Source of the DNA: Patescibacteria group bacterium
Lineage (GTDB): Bacteria > Patescibacteriota > Minisyncoccia > Phycocordibacterales > UBA9973
Assembly (NCBI GenBank): GCA_038063535.1
Contig: JBBTUV010000003.1
Location: 83,179 to 147,178 of the forward strand
DNA length: 64,000 nucleotides
Direction: 5' to 3'
Notes under the pieces: generated by a model
Seen by the model: only the letters and a program-made list of their open reading frames with translations
Database searches by the model: none
What the model was told of the DNA's origin: nothing
In this document: positions 45,935-55,321 of the stretch, in pieces
Numbering within the stretch: the stretch's first letter is position 1
How the letters are laid out: each line of letters begins with the position of its first letter
Made by a program: the position numbers and the translations under genes

Positions 45935-48029
45935 ATTTAAGGAGCGGATATTTGAAGAGTTCCGGGTCTTCAGCGATGAGGCGGACCGCTTCGATGCGGG
46001 CCGCTTCTACCATTTTTAGATTTTTTATCGCTTCCATGCCGATGTCCGAGAGGCCCCACTGCTTCGCGCCCGAGAGTTCACCGGCACCGCGCAGTGCTAG
46101 ATCCAGCTCCGCAAGCTCAAACCCGTTCTTAGCGGTTTTAAGCGCTTTCAGGCGCTCCACCGTCTTCCCAGATTTCGCCTCCGCGAAGATGTAGCAGTAT
46201 GCCTGATGAGTGCTACGGAGCACCCGGCCGCGCAGCTGATGCAGTTGTGCCAAGCCGAAGCGCTCTGCGCCTTCGATGATGATGACGGTTGCGTTCGGCA
46301 CGTTCACGCCCACTTCGACCACGCTGGTCGCGCATAGGATATTTATTTTTCCTTTGGCGAAATCGTTCATCACGCCTTCTTTCTTCTCCTTGCTCATTTT
46401 CGAGTGAAGCACCCCCGTATCATATTCTGGAAAAATTTCTTTTTTCAAGCGTTTAGCCTCTTCCACTGCGCTCTTTACGTTAAGCGCCAGCTCTTTTTCC
46501 GGATCGGCCTCATAGATGCGGGGACAAATCACAAAAACCTGCCTTCCGACTTTTATCTCATCTCTCACCCGCTCATAGGTTCCACCTCTGTTATTGGGGG
46601 TAATGATTTCAGTAATTATCTCCTTTCTTCCCGGTGGCATTTCGTCCAAAAGCGATAGATCAAGGTCGCCGTAAATCGTAAGCGCAAGCGTGCGGGGGAT
46701 TGGCGTGGCGGTCATCGACAATAAGTGCGGCGCGACATTATCTTTCCGCACGAGCTTTCTCCTTTGCGCTGTGCCAAATCGGTGCTGCTCGTCGATCACG
46801 ACAAAAGCCAGATTTTTGAATTTCACGGTTTTTTGTATGAGCGCATGTGTGCCGATGAGTATCGGGATCTGTCCTTCGGCGACCCATTTCAAGAGCTGGC
46901 TTCGCGAAATAGGCGTCGCGTCTTTCGGATTTACTTTCGAGGGGAATTTCTTACACCCGCTTCCGGTGATAAGCCCCACTTGGATTCCGGTATGAAAAAA
47001 ATACTGAATGAAAGAATAGAAATGCTGTGTCGCCAAAATTTCCGTGGGCGCCATATACGCTACCTGAAGATTTTTTTTGACCACTTCGTTCGCAGCGGTG
47101 GCCGCGACCGCGGTTTTCCCACTCCCGACATCGCCTTCCAAGAGGCGTGACATCGGAAAGTCGTGCGACATGTCTTCTAAAATAGTTTGGATAGATTTCT
47201 TTTGCGCGCTGGTTGCTTCGAATGGAAAGCGTTTCAAGAATTCATCAACCCCTTTTTTATTTATCTTGATTTTGAAAGATTTGTTTTTCCTGTATTCGTG
47301 CTTGTCATGCTGGCGCTCGAGCTGGATGCAAAAAACCTCCTCGAAAGCGAATCTTTTCCGTGCGGCCTCGGCGTTCTTCGGATTTTTTGGCTTGTGAATC
47401 CAGATGAGTGCGGTTTTGAGAGACGGGAGGGAATATTTTTTCAGGATTTCTTCCGGGATATAATCAGAAATTTTGTAGAGAGTTTTATCTCGCAAAATTT
47501 TCTCTATTGCATGATAAAACCATTTACTCGTTATGCCGCGGGTTTCAGGGTAGACCGGGAAGGAGAGGCCAGTTGAGATTTTACCGTTTGCAAAAATACT
47601 CACATGCGAATCAATGGGCATATTGGGCATGCGCTCGAACTCCGGGTTGGCGAGATACGTGCCGCTCTTTCCGCCAGTAACTCTGCCTGTGAGCTTTACA
47701 CTTTCACCCTCGTGGAGCATCTTGGCAAGGTAGGCCTGGTTGTACCAGATGATTTTGATTTTGCCGGAGAGATCTTCGATGATTCCTTCGGCCATTGGCG
47801 TCTTACTCCGCCAAGCCTTTTTGGTTTTTAGTTTCGAAACCTTCCCGTATATAGTTGCCATCTCGCCGGGCACTAGTTCTTCGATTCTTTTGACCGTACT
47901 CACATCTGAATATCTCACTGGAAAGTGAAAAAGAAGATCGTGAACCGTAAAGAGTTTAAGCCGCCGGAGCGCCCTTTTTTGATTAACATCAATCCTGAAT
48001 TTTTCTTCTAATCTACAGGAGAGTTCCAT
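45894..48029 (-). CDS. recG: ATP-dependent DNA helicase RecG
   Basis: 711 aa. N-terminal wedge/OB. Helicase motifs GDVGSGKT, DEQHRFG, and C-terminal helicase domain. 3' end overlaps the RT gene 3' end by ~40 nt (convergent). Confidence 0.92.
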   Translation of the reverse strand: MELSCRLEEKFRIDVNQKRALRRLKLFTVHDLLFHFPVRYSDVSTVKRIEELVPGEMATIYGKVSKLKTKKAWRSKTPMAEGIIEDLSGKIKIIWYNQAYLAKMLHEGESVKLTGRVTGGKSGTYLANPEFERMPNMPIDSHVSIFANGKISTGLSFPVYPETRGITSKWFYHAIEKILRDKTLYKISDYIPEEILKKYSLPSLKTALIWIHKPKNPKNAEAARKRFAFEEVFCIQLERQHDKHEYRKNKSFKIKINKKGVDEFLKRFPFEATSAQKKSIQTILEDMSHDFPMSRLLEGDVGSGKTAVAATAANEVVKKNLQVAYMAPTEILATQHFYSFIQYFFHTGIQVGLITGSGCKKFPSKVNPKDATPISRSQLLKWVAEGQIPILIGTHALIQKTVKFKNLAFVVIDEQHRFGTAQRRKLVRKDNVAPHLLSMTATPIPRTLALTIYGDLDLSLLDEMPPGRKEIITEIITPNNRGGTYERVRDEIKVGRQVFVICPRIYEADPEKELALNVKSAVEEAKRLKKEIFPEYDTGVLHSKMSKEKKEGVMNDFAKGKINILCATSVVEVGVNVPNATVIIIEGAERFGLAQLHQLRGRVLRSTHQAYCYIFAEAKSGKTVERLKALKTAKNGFELAELDLALRGAGELSGAKQWGLSDIGMEAIKNLKMVEAARIEAVRLIAEDPELFKYPLLKSRVRERAGEFHFE

Positions 48030-48075
48030 AAATTAAAGCGATTTTATTGTATCATGATTTGCAATTTGCACCCGG

Positions 48076-48477
48076 TTGATGTATAATGCTCGCATGAAGC
48101 CTTTGTTTGCGACGCTTATGATCATTAGTTTCACGGCAGTTACCTTACTTGGAGCTTTTGGCATGCATCTAGGCATGCAAAGCCATGACGGCAACTGCAT
48201 CTTCGCGGCCGCCAAAGGCGTCGATTGCCCTAAGGGCAATAGCCTCATCGCATATTTGAATTTTCATCTCGATGCCTATAAAGATTTTTCTCTTACCCTT
48301 CTTTCTTATCTTCTGCTTGCCCTTTCTCTTTCCGCATCCATTTTCACTTTTTACCTTTTCAAACCGCTTCGGCCGCATTTCGCAAAATATCGGGTAGAGA
48401 ATTCTCATTCGCACAAAAGGGCGCGCAAGCTCACTCGTTGGCTCTCTCTTCGCGAGAATAGCCCCAATAGCCTCTAA
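48076..48477 (+). CDS. Small membrane protein with CxxxxxxxC pair (hypothetical); start likely internal (MKPLF...)
   Basis: Two TM helices. Upstream of the thiol-redox genes. Confidence 0.4.
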   Translation: MMYNARMKPLFATLMIISFTAVTLLGAFGMHLGMQSHDGNCIFAAAKGVDCPKGNSLIAYLNFHLDAYKDFSLTLLSYLLLALSLSASIFTFYLFKPLRPHFAKYRVENSHSHKRARKLTRWLSLRENSPNSL

Positions 48478-48539
48478 CTAACCGAGAAAAATCGCGGACG
48501 CGTTTTTTCTCGTGATTTACTCGTTTAACTTTCATTCAA

Positions 48540-49037
48540 ATGAAAAACGTTATCGGTATTTTTGCGGCAATTCTCGTTTTGGCTGGCCTCGTCTATATTG
48601 CCAGACCTTCCGGAGCGGGCGACACGCAAAAAAGAGAAGAGTCAGATACTTCATCAAGCGTACTTCTTGCTGAAGAAACAAGTTACGATTTCGAAGAGGT
48701 CTCAATGGCGAAGGGCAATGTTTCGCATTCGTTCAAAGTAAAAAACGTCAGTACTTCTCCCGTGACCATCGAGAAAATGTACACCTCCTGCATGTGCACG
48801 ACCGCCAAGCTCACAATGGGAGGGAAAGTCTGGGGGCCTTATGGCATGCCAGGGCACATGGCGATTCCGAAAATCGGAGAGGCGCTCGGAGCAGGCGAGG
48901 AAGCGGTAATTGAAACCGTTTTCGATCCCGCAGCCCACGGGCCTGCGGGAGTCGGAAGAATTGAAAGGCAAGTGACGATAGAAAATAGCGCCGGAGAACC
49001 GGTCGAACTTAAGTTCGTTGCCGTGGTAGTTCCTTAA
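48540..49037 (+). CDS. DUF1573-domain protein (secreted, CxC motif)
   Basis: N-terminal TM/signal. YDFEEV...SHSFKVKN...PVTIEKMYTSCMCTTA matches the DUF1573 pattern (..SCGCT). Confidence 0.65.
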   Translation: MKNVIGIFAAILVLAGLVYIARPSGAGDTQKREESDTSSSVLLAEETSYDFEEVSMAKGNVSHSFKVKNVSTSPVTIEKMYTSCMCTTAKLTMGGKVWGPYGMPGHMAIPKIGEALGAGEEAVIETVFDPAAHGPAGVGRIERQVTIENSAGEPVELKFVAVVVP

Positions 49038-49038
49038 A

Positions 49039-49818
49039 ATGAAAAAATTATCAATTCTTGTCGGGATCGCACTTCTCTTGTTCGGAGGCGTGATTCTACT
49101 CAAGACGGGGAATATCGGCACTAATTTCCTCTGGAGCGCAAGCTCCGAGGGGAAGTTCCTGCTGCCCTTGGTCGGTATTGCGGCCCTAATCGACAGCGTG
49201 AACCCCTGCGCCTTCTCGGTGTTGCTTCTTACGATCGCCTTTCTCTTCTCGATCGGGAAAATCCGCTCCGGAATCTTGAAAATTGGAGGCGCCTACATTG
49301 CCGGCATCTTCGCGGCCTATATCCTGATCGGCCTCGGGCTCTTTCACGCGCTTCACCTCTTCAATACTCCGCACTTCATGGCCAAAATCGGGGCGGGGCT
49401 TCTTATTGCACTCGGCAGCATCAACCTCATTAACGAATTCTTCCCGGCTTTCCCGATCAAGCTTCGGATTCCGCAAGCGGCTCATTCGAAAATCGCAGAG
49501 CTTATGAACAAGGCATCATTGCCAACCGCGTTTCTCCTCGGGGGACTAGTCGGTCTCTGCGAGTTTCCCTGCACCGGCGGGCCGTACCTTATGGTAGTGG
49601 GGCTCCTCTACGACCAAGCGACATATCTCTCCGGCGTGGGATATCTTATCCTCTATAACCTCATCTTCATTCTGCCGCTTGCGATAATTCTCGCAATTGC
49701 TTCGAACTCCGCGCTCTATGAGAAGGTGCAGACCTGGCGAAGGGCAGAGACGGGGCATATGAGAATCTGGGGCGGGGTGGCAATGGTCGCGCTTGGAATA
49801 TTAATCTTCCTCTTATGA
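49039..49818 (+). CDS. ccdA: Cytochrome c-type biogenesis / thiol:disulfide interchange membrane protein CcdA (DsbD-beta family)
   Basis: Two conserved Cys in TM helices: DSVNPCAF and CEFPCTGGPY. 6 TM. Confidence 0.85.
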   Translation: MKKLSILVGIALLLFGGVILLKTGNIGTNFLWSASSEGKFLLPLVGIAALIDSVNPCAFSVLLLTIAFLFSIGKIRSGILKIGGAYIAGIFAAYILIGLGLFHALHLFNTPHFMAKIGAGLLIALGSINLINEFFPAFPIKLRIPQAAHSKIAELMNKASLPTAFLLGGLVGLCEFPCTGGPYLMVVGLLYDQATYLSGVGYLILYNLIFILPLAIILAIASNSALYEKVQTWRRAETGHMRIWGGVAMVALGILIFLL

Positions 49819-49991
49819 AACTAAGATTCAAACTGGGCGATGCAATCGCCAAAATCACAAAAGCCCTCCACATTCCGCACTGCGCTAAATGCGAAAAGCG
49901 CCGAGAGATTCTCAATGAGATAGGCAGCGGCAAACCGTGGACGACTGGCGACATTATCAAAAGATTAGCTAACTGCTGCGATGAAAAATAA
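49815..49991 (+). CDS. Unannotated 58-aa Cys-rich ORF (HCAKC...CC) translationally coupled to ccdA (ATGA overlap) and overlapping the next gene start
   Basis: Hand translation: MKLRFKLGDAIAKITKALHIPHCAKCEKRREILNEIGSGKPWTTGDIIKRLANCCDEK. Below the ORF-track size cutoff. Confidence 0.35.
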   Translation: MKLRFKLGDAIAKITKALHIPHCAKCEKRREILNEIGSGKPWTTGDIIKRLANCCDEK

Positions 49992-50643
49992 CAACCTTCT
50001 GGCGATCCTTCTCCTCGCCGCCTTTATCATAGGACTCGGAAGCATTACTCCACCTCCGCAAGACTCATCTGCGGCTGGAATTTCGCTCGGGGATCTGGGC
50101 AGGCAGATGGTTCGTGCCGGCGTGATAGACAGAGACAAATTCCTCGCTCTTTACGCAGGGAGGCCTGAACTTCGCGAAGAAGCTCGCCGTCTGCTTGACG
50201 AAGATAACGTAAAAATTGAAATCACTCCCGAGAATTCTGGGCTCATGCTCAACTTCTTCTGGGCGCTCGGGCTCGGGAACAAAAATCCGATCCTCGAGAT
50301 GGAAATGATGGACCCGCGCTATGGCGGTCCGCAGAATTTCGCCTCAACCGGCGGCTGGACACTTGCCCGAGGCGGTGCGATGAGCCACTACAACGCGCAT
50401 GAGTTCTTGCTCCTTACGGAAGAGGAGCAAGCCTTAGTCGATAAGGTCTCGCGCACAATCTTCCGCCCATGTTGCGGGAACAGCGCCCACTTCCCGGATT
50501 GCAATCACGGGATGGCAATGCTTGCCCATCTTGAGCTCCTCGCCTCGCGGGGGATAGGGGAGAAAGAAATGACGGAGAAAGCTAATGAGCTCAACGCTTT
50601 GTGGTTTCCGGGTTATAATAGTTCTTCGAGTTGCAGTGCTTAG
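49981..50643 (+). CDS. Secreted hypothetical protein with Cys/His cluster (RPCCGNSAHFPDCNHGMAM)
   Basis: Signal peptide. Candidate metal-binding Cys/His motif. Lies within the thiol/copper island. Confidence 0.4.
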   Translation: MKNNNLLAILLLAAFIIGLGSITPPPQDSSAAGISLGDLGRQMVRAGVIDRDKFLALYAGRPELREEARRLLDEDNVKIEITPENSGLMLNFFWALGLGNKNPILEMEMMDPRYGGPQNFASTGGWTLARGGAMSHYNAHEFLLLTEEEQALVDKVSRTIFRPCCGNSAHFPDCNHGMAMLAHLELLASRGIGEKEMTEKANELNALWFPGYNSSSSCSA

Positions 50644-50673
50644 TGTTGATTATTAAATTAATTGTAAAAAATT

Positions 50674-51069
50674 GTGGAAAACAAAAACAATAATATGATT
50701 ATAGGTGCGGTTTTGCTTTTGGTAGGAGTGTTTATCGGCTGGCTGGTCTTCGCCAACCGCGCCAGTTGGAACCAAATGCCCTACAACATGCGTTCGATGT
50801 GGGGCGGCAGCATGATGCAAAATAACAGTATGGACTTCGCGATGCAGGGCATGATGATGGGTCTCTCCGGGAAAACCGGCGACGACTTCGATCGGGCGTT
50901 TCTCTCGGGGATGATCATGCATCACCAGGGCGCGGTTGTGATGGCCGAAGCAGTGCTTAAAACTTCGAAGCGGTCGGAACTCCTTAAACTCGCCAACGAT
51001 ATCATCTCCGCCCAGACCAAAGAAATCGAAATGATGCAGGGTTGGCAGAGGACTTGGTTTGGCGAGTAG
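50674..51069 (+). CDS. DUF305-domain protein (CopM-like, copper-resistance associated)
   Basis: DRAFLSGMIMHHQGAVVMA...AQTKEIEMMQGW matches the DUF305 four-helix motif. Confidence 0.7.
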   Translation: MENKNNNMIIGAVLLLVGVFIGWLVFANRASWNQMPYNMRSMWGGSMMQNNSMDFAMQGMMMGLSGKTGDDFDRAFLSGMIMHHQGAVVMAEAVLKTSKRSELLKLANDIISAQTKEIEMMQGWQRTWFGE

Positions 51070-51605
51070 AGATCATGAGAACAGATTATAAAATTATTAT
51101 TGGCGTGGTGCTCGCGACTGGAATTCTCATCGCCGGCGGAGCGTGGCTCTCGAGCTCAAAAGGGGAGAAAGAAAAAGAAAGGTTGAGCCAAGAGCCTCTC
51201 GGCGAGGCGTTCACTATACTTAATTCCTCTCATGTTCGAGAAGGCGTGGAGCACGCGCCTTACAACTCCAACCCGCCGACCTCCGGCGAGCATTGGGCGG
51301 GGACTGCCGGGCCGGGGATTAAGAGCGAGCCCGCTCCCGACGAGCTCGTGCTTCACAGCATGGAGCATGGCGCAGCGGTTCTCTGGTATCGGGCAGATCT
51401 GCCAGAGGGTGAGATAGATCGCCTGAAAAAGGCCTTCGGCGAGGCAGAAGGGAAGAAGATAATGCTCGCGCGCAAAGACCTAGACGTGCCGGCGACCCTC
51501 ACCTCCTGGGGCTATCTACTTAAGCTCGAAACGATCGACGAGGCAAAAATCGTTGCATTCATAGAAACCAACAACGACCGGGCGCCCGAGAAAGCGCCTA
51601 TCTAG
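51042..51605 (+). CDS. DUF3105-domain protein (secreted, metal-associated)
   Basis: PPTSGEHW...LVLHSMEHGAAVLWY motif of DUF3105. N-terminal TM. Confidence 0.6.
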   Translation: MAEDLVWRVEIMRTDYKIIIGVVLATGILIAGGAWLSSSKGEKEKERLSQEPLGEAFTILNSSHVREGVEHAPYNSNPPTSGEHWAGTAGPGIKSEPAPDELVLHSMEHGAAVLWYRADLPEGEIDRLKKAFGEAEGKKIMLARKDLDVPATLTSWGYLLKLETIDEAKIVAFIETNNDRAPEKAPI

Positions 51606-51635
51606 CCCCCACTCGGAGTTATCCACAGCTCTGCC

Positions 51636-51667
51636 TTGACAAATAGGGGGTAGGGGTATAGGGTATT
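51636..51667 (+). promoter_or_regulatory. TTGACA -35 box followed by three tandem G-rich repeats TAGGGGG/TAGGGG/TAGGGT overlapping the -10 region upstream of the csoR-family gene (candidate operator)
   Basis: Seen directly. CsoR operators are typically GC-rich with G/C tracts. Confidence 0.3.
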
Positions 51668-51670
51668 AGA

Positions 51671-51940
51671 ATGTTAAACCAAAAGCTTAAAAGTCGCGCC
51701 GTTCATCGGGCGAAAATTATCAAAGGTCAGCTCGAAGGGTTAATCGAGGCTATTGAGGCGGAGGTATATTGCCCGAAATTACTCGAGCAGTCGCTCTCCA
51801 TCCAAAGGTCGCTCAAAAGTCTTGACGCCTTTCTTCTCGAGAATCACCTTAAGAGTCATGTCCGGCATGACCTTAACCACAACGAGAAGAGAACGGTCAA
51901 AGAGCTGGTCGATTTATACGTATTAGGAAGTAAAAATTAA
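51671..51940 (+). CDS. CsoR/RcnR-family metal-sensing transcriptional repressor (DUF156)
   Basis: 89 aa all-helical protein. LEGLIEAIEAEVYCPKLLEQ...HLKSHVRHD carries the Cys/His ligand positions of the CsoR family. Confidence 0.7.
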   Translation: MLNQKLKSRAVHRAKIIKGQLEGLIEAIEAEVYCPKLLEQSLSIQRSLKSLDAFLLENHLKSHVRHDLNHNEKRTVKELVDLYVLGSKN

Positions 51941-51944
51941 TAAC

Positions 51945-52145
51945 ATGACTCAAAATTTAGGAAGATTAGACAGGGTTCTGCGGTTTGCGCTCGCGTTTTG
52001 GTGGCTGGGGCCTTGGGCTCCGCAGTATGATGCGGGTTGGGCTAACCTCCTTATTGCCGCCATCGGCTGGATTGCGCTCGTTGAGAGCTTCCTCGGCTGG
52101 TGCTGGCTCCACCGCTGGTTTAAGATAGACAACAAAAATCAATAA
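51945..52145 (+). CDS. DUF2892 (YgaP-like) small membrane protein
   Basis: MTQNLGRLDRVLRFALAFWWL matches the DUF2892 N-terminus (GxxDRxxR). Confidence 0.65.
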   Translation: MTQNLGRLDRVLRFALAFWWLGPWAPQYDAGWANLLIAAIGWIALVESFLGWCWLHRWFKIDNKNQ

Positions 52146-52156
52146 AAGACCTAGCC

Positions 52157-52336
52157 ATGTTTAGCTCTTTCTTCAGCAAACACGACAAAGAACTCCACGA
52201 ATGTCCGGAGTGCGGTTTGCATTACCGAGATGTGGAACAGGCGAGGAAGTGTGAAGAGTGGTGCCGAGAGCACCATAGCTGCAATTTAGAAATTACCAAG
52301 GGTGCCGTTGAGCATGAAAAACATGAACAAACTTAA
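52157..52336 (+). CDS. Unannotated 59-aa Cys/His-rich ORF (CPECG...CEEWC...HHSC), putative zinc-ribbon/metal-binding protein
   Basis: Hand translation MFSSFFSKHDKELHECPECGLHYRDVEQARKCEEWCREHHSCNLEITKGAVEHEKHEQT. The CPECG motif also occurs in the N-terminus of the downstream P1B ATPase. Confidence 0.35.
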   Translation: MFSSFFSKHDKELHECPECGLHYRDVEQARKCEEWCREHHSCNLEITKGAVEHEKHEQT

Positions 52337-52586
52337 CACCCTTGCGCTTGCGAATACTGTAGCGATTATTGATCTGGTGCTGCACCCATTATTCCATTTG
52401 TGGGTATATCTTTCACCGGATTCGTATGAATGGGCGATGAACTTGTTCGTTGCGGGATTGCAATTGAACGTTACGAGTTTTGATTCAAGCTTGACCCATA
52501 TATTGCTTGGCACGGTTGTGGAGGCAGGTGCGTTTTGGCTTTTAGGATATACAGTCGCATCGTTGTATAACCGATTGAACACATGA
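52302..52586 (+). CDS. Small membrane protein (hypothetical); start probably an internal Met
   Basis: Two or three TM helices. Overlaps the preceding small ORF. Confidence 0.35.
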   Translation: MPLSMKNMNKLNTLALANTVAIIDLVLHPLFHLWVYLSPDSYEWAMNLFVAGLQLNVTSFDSSLTHILLGTVVEAGAFWLLGYTVASLYNRLNT

Positions 52587-53134
52587 AGCTCCTCAAGTGG
52601 ACAATTCTTTGGCTGGCTACCTGGGGTATCTCCCAGTGGTTTTGGGGCGGAAACCCACTCCAGCCGACTCTGGTGCCGGGAACCATCTTGATAATTTTCT
52701 TGGCGGCGCTTGTCTTGGCCTTTTTGCTTTTTCCCGACGAAAGAAAAGTGTGGCTTTCCCGCCTATCCTCGTGGGAAATCCCCGTAATCCTCTTTGGCAT
52801 CGTTATCTTTAGTTTCTTGGATACGGGATTGTTTACCAATAATATACTTACCTCTGCGCACGTTTTATTTCAACAGCTTATGATTGCCGTTTTGGTCTTT
52901 ATGGTCCCAGCGGAGAAGTTTAAGCGGACTTTAGTTAGAGTGTTGCTACTTTTTGGAGTGAGCCACTTGTTGCTTGCAGTCTTTATGTCGTGGCCATGGG
53001 CGCTATTTTTCACCATCCTCGCTTCAGCTACCGCAATTCTGTTTACTTTCCTCATGCAAAGAGTAAAATACGGCATTACCTTGAGTTTTCTTATTCACCT
53101 TTCATTTTATTTAATATTTTTTAACCTCATTTAA
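52583..53134 (+). CDS. Polytopic membrane protein, possibly CPBP (CAAX protease)-family
   Basis: 6 TM. Weak matches to CPBP motifs (AEKFKR, H...N pairs). Confidence 0.3.
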   Translation: MKLLKWTILWLATWGISQWFWGGNPLQPTLVPGTILIIFLAALVLAFLLFPDERKVWLSRLSSWEIPVILFGIVIFSFLDTGLFTNNILTSAHVLFQQLMIAVLVFMVPAEKFKRTLVRVLLLFGVSHLLLAVFMSWPWALFFTILASATAILFTFLMQRVKYGITLSFLIHLSFYLIFFNLI

Positions 53135-53136
53135 CC

Positions 53137-55131
53137 ATGGAAGAAAAAACTTACACTTGTCCGATGCATCCAGAGATAAAACAGGACAAGCCCGGAATGT
53201 GCCCGGAGTGCGGGATGGCACTTGTGCCGGAGCGGAAGAAGCCCTCCTCCGCCAAGGCTCCAGAGGGCAAACATGCCGGACATTCCACTCAAATGTTTTT
53301 CAGGAAGTTCTGGGTCAGTTTAATTCTCACTATTCCGGTCGTGCTCTATGCGGATGTGATTGAGAAAATTTTCAAATGGTCTCCGCCGGATTTTCCCGGC
53401 TCGGAGTATCTCACTCTTGTTCTCGGCTCGATCGTCTTTTTCTACGGTGGCTGGGTGTTCTTGGCTGGCGCATACCGGGAGATCCGCGGACGCCTGCCGG
53501 GCATGATGACGCTTATTGCCATCGCCATCTCTGCGGCATATCTCTGGAGCATCTATGCGGTATTCGCAGGCGTTGAAGCGCTTTTCTGGGAACTCACCAC
53601 CCTTATCACCATCATGCTCCTCGGTCACTGGCTTGAGATGCGCGCCGTTTCCGGCGCGCAGGGCGCACTCAAAGAGCTCTCTAAACTTCTGCCAGATACC
53701 GCGGAACTTGTGCAGGCTAATGGCACAAAAAAGATTTCACTGGCCGAGCTTAAAGAGAATGACATCGTGCTTGTCCGCCCCGGAAGTAAAGTGCCGGCGG
53801 ACGGAGAAATTATAGAAGGCGAATCGGACTTAAACGAATCAATGGTAACCGGTGAATCGAAGCCGGTATCTAAAAAAGTTGGCGGAAAAGTGATTGCCGG
53901 AACGATCAATGGCGACGGCGCGCTTAAAATAAAAGTCGCGCAAATCGGCGAGCACACTTTTCTCGCCGGGGTAATGCGCCTCGTGGCTGAAGCCCAAGCT
54001 TCAAAGTCGCGCCTCCAGATCCTCTCCGACCGGGCGGCGCTCTATCTTACTTTTATCGCGATCGGTGGGGGACTTCTTACGCTTTTGGTTTGGCTTTTGG
54101 TCGGCAAAGAAGTTAGTTTTGCGGTCGCGCGCCTGGTGGCGGTTCTCGTAGTCGCCTGTCCGCATGCGCTTGGCCTTGCCGTGCCCCTGGTTGCCTCAAT
54201 ATCAACCACCAAAGCGGCGCAAAACGGCTTTCTCATAAAACAGCGTCTTTCTCTTGAAGCCGCGCGCTCGGTCGACACCGTCCTTTTCGATAAAACCGGA
54301 ACTTTGACTTTGGGGGAATTTGGCGTGACGCAGGCGCAAGATGAAGCGCTTTCCTTCGCGGCTGCAGTTGACGAACACTCCGAACACCCCATCGCCCGCG
54401 CGATCGTCTCCGAGGCCAAAAAGCGAGGATTTGGGAAAAAGGCGACGAATTTTAAAAATATTCCCGGCCGAGGGGCGGAGGCTCTCGTCGACGGAAGAAA
54501 AGTTTTTGTTGGCCACAAAGGCGGGGAGGACATAGTGGTAGAAGTTGACGGAAAACAAATCGGTACCATAGCCGTGGCAGACACCCCCCGTTCGGAGGCG
54601 AAGGAGGCGGTCCAGGCGCTCAAAGAGATGGGGCTCAAACCCGTCATGATCACCGGCGATTCGGAAGAAGTCGCCAGAGAGGTGGCTGGGGAGCTCGGGA
54701 TAGACGAATATTTCGCGAGAGTTTTGCCGGGAGAGAAATCAGAGAAAGTGAAAGAGCTTCAGGCACGCGGAGGCAAGGTGGCGATGGTGGGCGATGGGGT
54801 GAATGACGCCCCGGCCCTCACTCAAGCCGACCTCGGCATCGCCATCGGCGCCGGCACGAATGTCGCAATCGAATCAGCGGGTATCATTCTCGTTAGAAAC
54901 GATCCTCGAGACATCGCGAAGATCATCCGGCTCTCACGGATGACATATACGAAGATGATCCAAAATCTTTGGTGGGCAGCCGGATACAATATTATTGCAT
55001 TACCACTCGCGGCCGGGGTACTTGCCGCGAAAGGAATTCTTCTCGAACCTGCCCTCGCCGCCGTCTTTATGTCGGCGAGCACGGTCATCGTCGCGATTAA
55101 CGCGATCTTTTTGAAAAAACAAAAGTTATAA
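53137..55131 (+). CDS. Heavy-metal (copper) translocating P1B-type ATPase with CPH transport motif and N-terminal CPMHP/CPECG metal-binding region
   Basis: N-terminal YTCPMHPEI...GMCPECGM. TM CPH motif (VVACPHALGLA). DKTGTLT phosphorylation site. GDGVNDAPAL hinge. Confidence 0.9.
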   Translation: MEEKTYTCPMHPEIKQDKPGMCPECGMALVPERKKPSSAKAPEGKHAGHSTQMFFRKFWVSLILTIPVVLYADVIEKIFKWSPPDFPGSEYLTLVLGSIVFFYGGWVFLAGAYREIRGRLPGMMTLIAIAISAAYLWSIYAVFAGVEALFWELTTLITIMLLGHWLEMRAVSGAQGALKELSKLLPDTAELVQANGTKKISLAELKENDIVLVRPGSKVPADGEIIEGESDLNESMVTGESKPVSKKVGGKVIAGTINGDGALKIKVAQIGEHTFLAGVMRLVAEAQASKSRLQILSDRAALYLTFIAIGGGLLTLLVWLLVGKEVSFAVARLVAVLVVACPHALGLAVPLVASISTTKAAQNGFLIKQRLSLEAARSVDTVLFDKTGTLTLGEFGVTQAQDEALSFAAAVDEHSEHPIARAIVSEAKKRGFGKKATNFKNIPGRGAEALVDGRKVFVGHKGGEDIVVEVDGKQIGTIAVADTPRSEAKEAVQALKEMGLKPVMITGDSEEVAREVAGELGIDEYFARVLPGEKSEKVKELQARGGKVAMVGDGVNDAPALTQADLGIAIGAGTNVAIESAGIILVRNDPRDIAKIIRLSRMTYTKMIQNLWWAAGYNIIALPLAAGVLAAKGILLEPALAAVFMSASTVIVAINAIFLKKQKL

Positions 55132-55135
55132 AACT

Positions 55136-55225
55136 TGGCGGAGACGGTGAGATTCGAACTCACGAGGCCCTTACGAACCTAACACCTTAGCACGGTGCCG
55201 CTTTAGACCACTCAGCCACGTCTCC
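55136..55225 (-). tRNA. tRNA-Ser (anticodon GCU), type II with long variable arm, CCA encoded
   Basis: Reverse complement GGAGACG...GCACC-GTGCTAA-GGTGT...GTGAG-TTCGAAT-CTCAC-CGTCTCC-G-CCA. Anticodon loop has GCT at 34-36. Confidence 0.88.
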
Positions 55226-55321
55226 TCGTTCACTTTGTTCACTCGTCGACATGGCTTCGTGCCTTCCCAGGCCCTCCCTAGAGCCTGCCTCGCATCGGCT
55301 CTTTCTGCTTCGCAGAATCAG

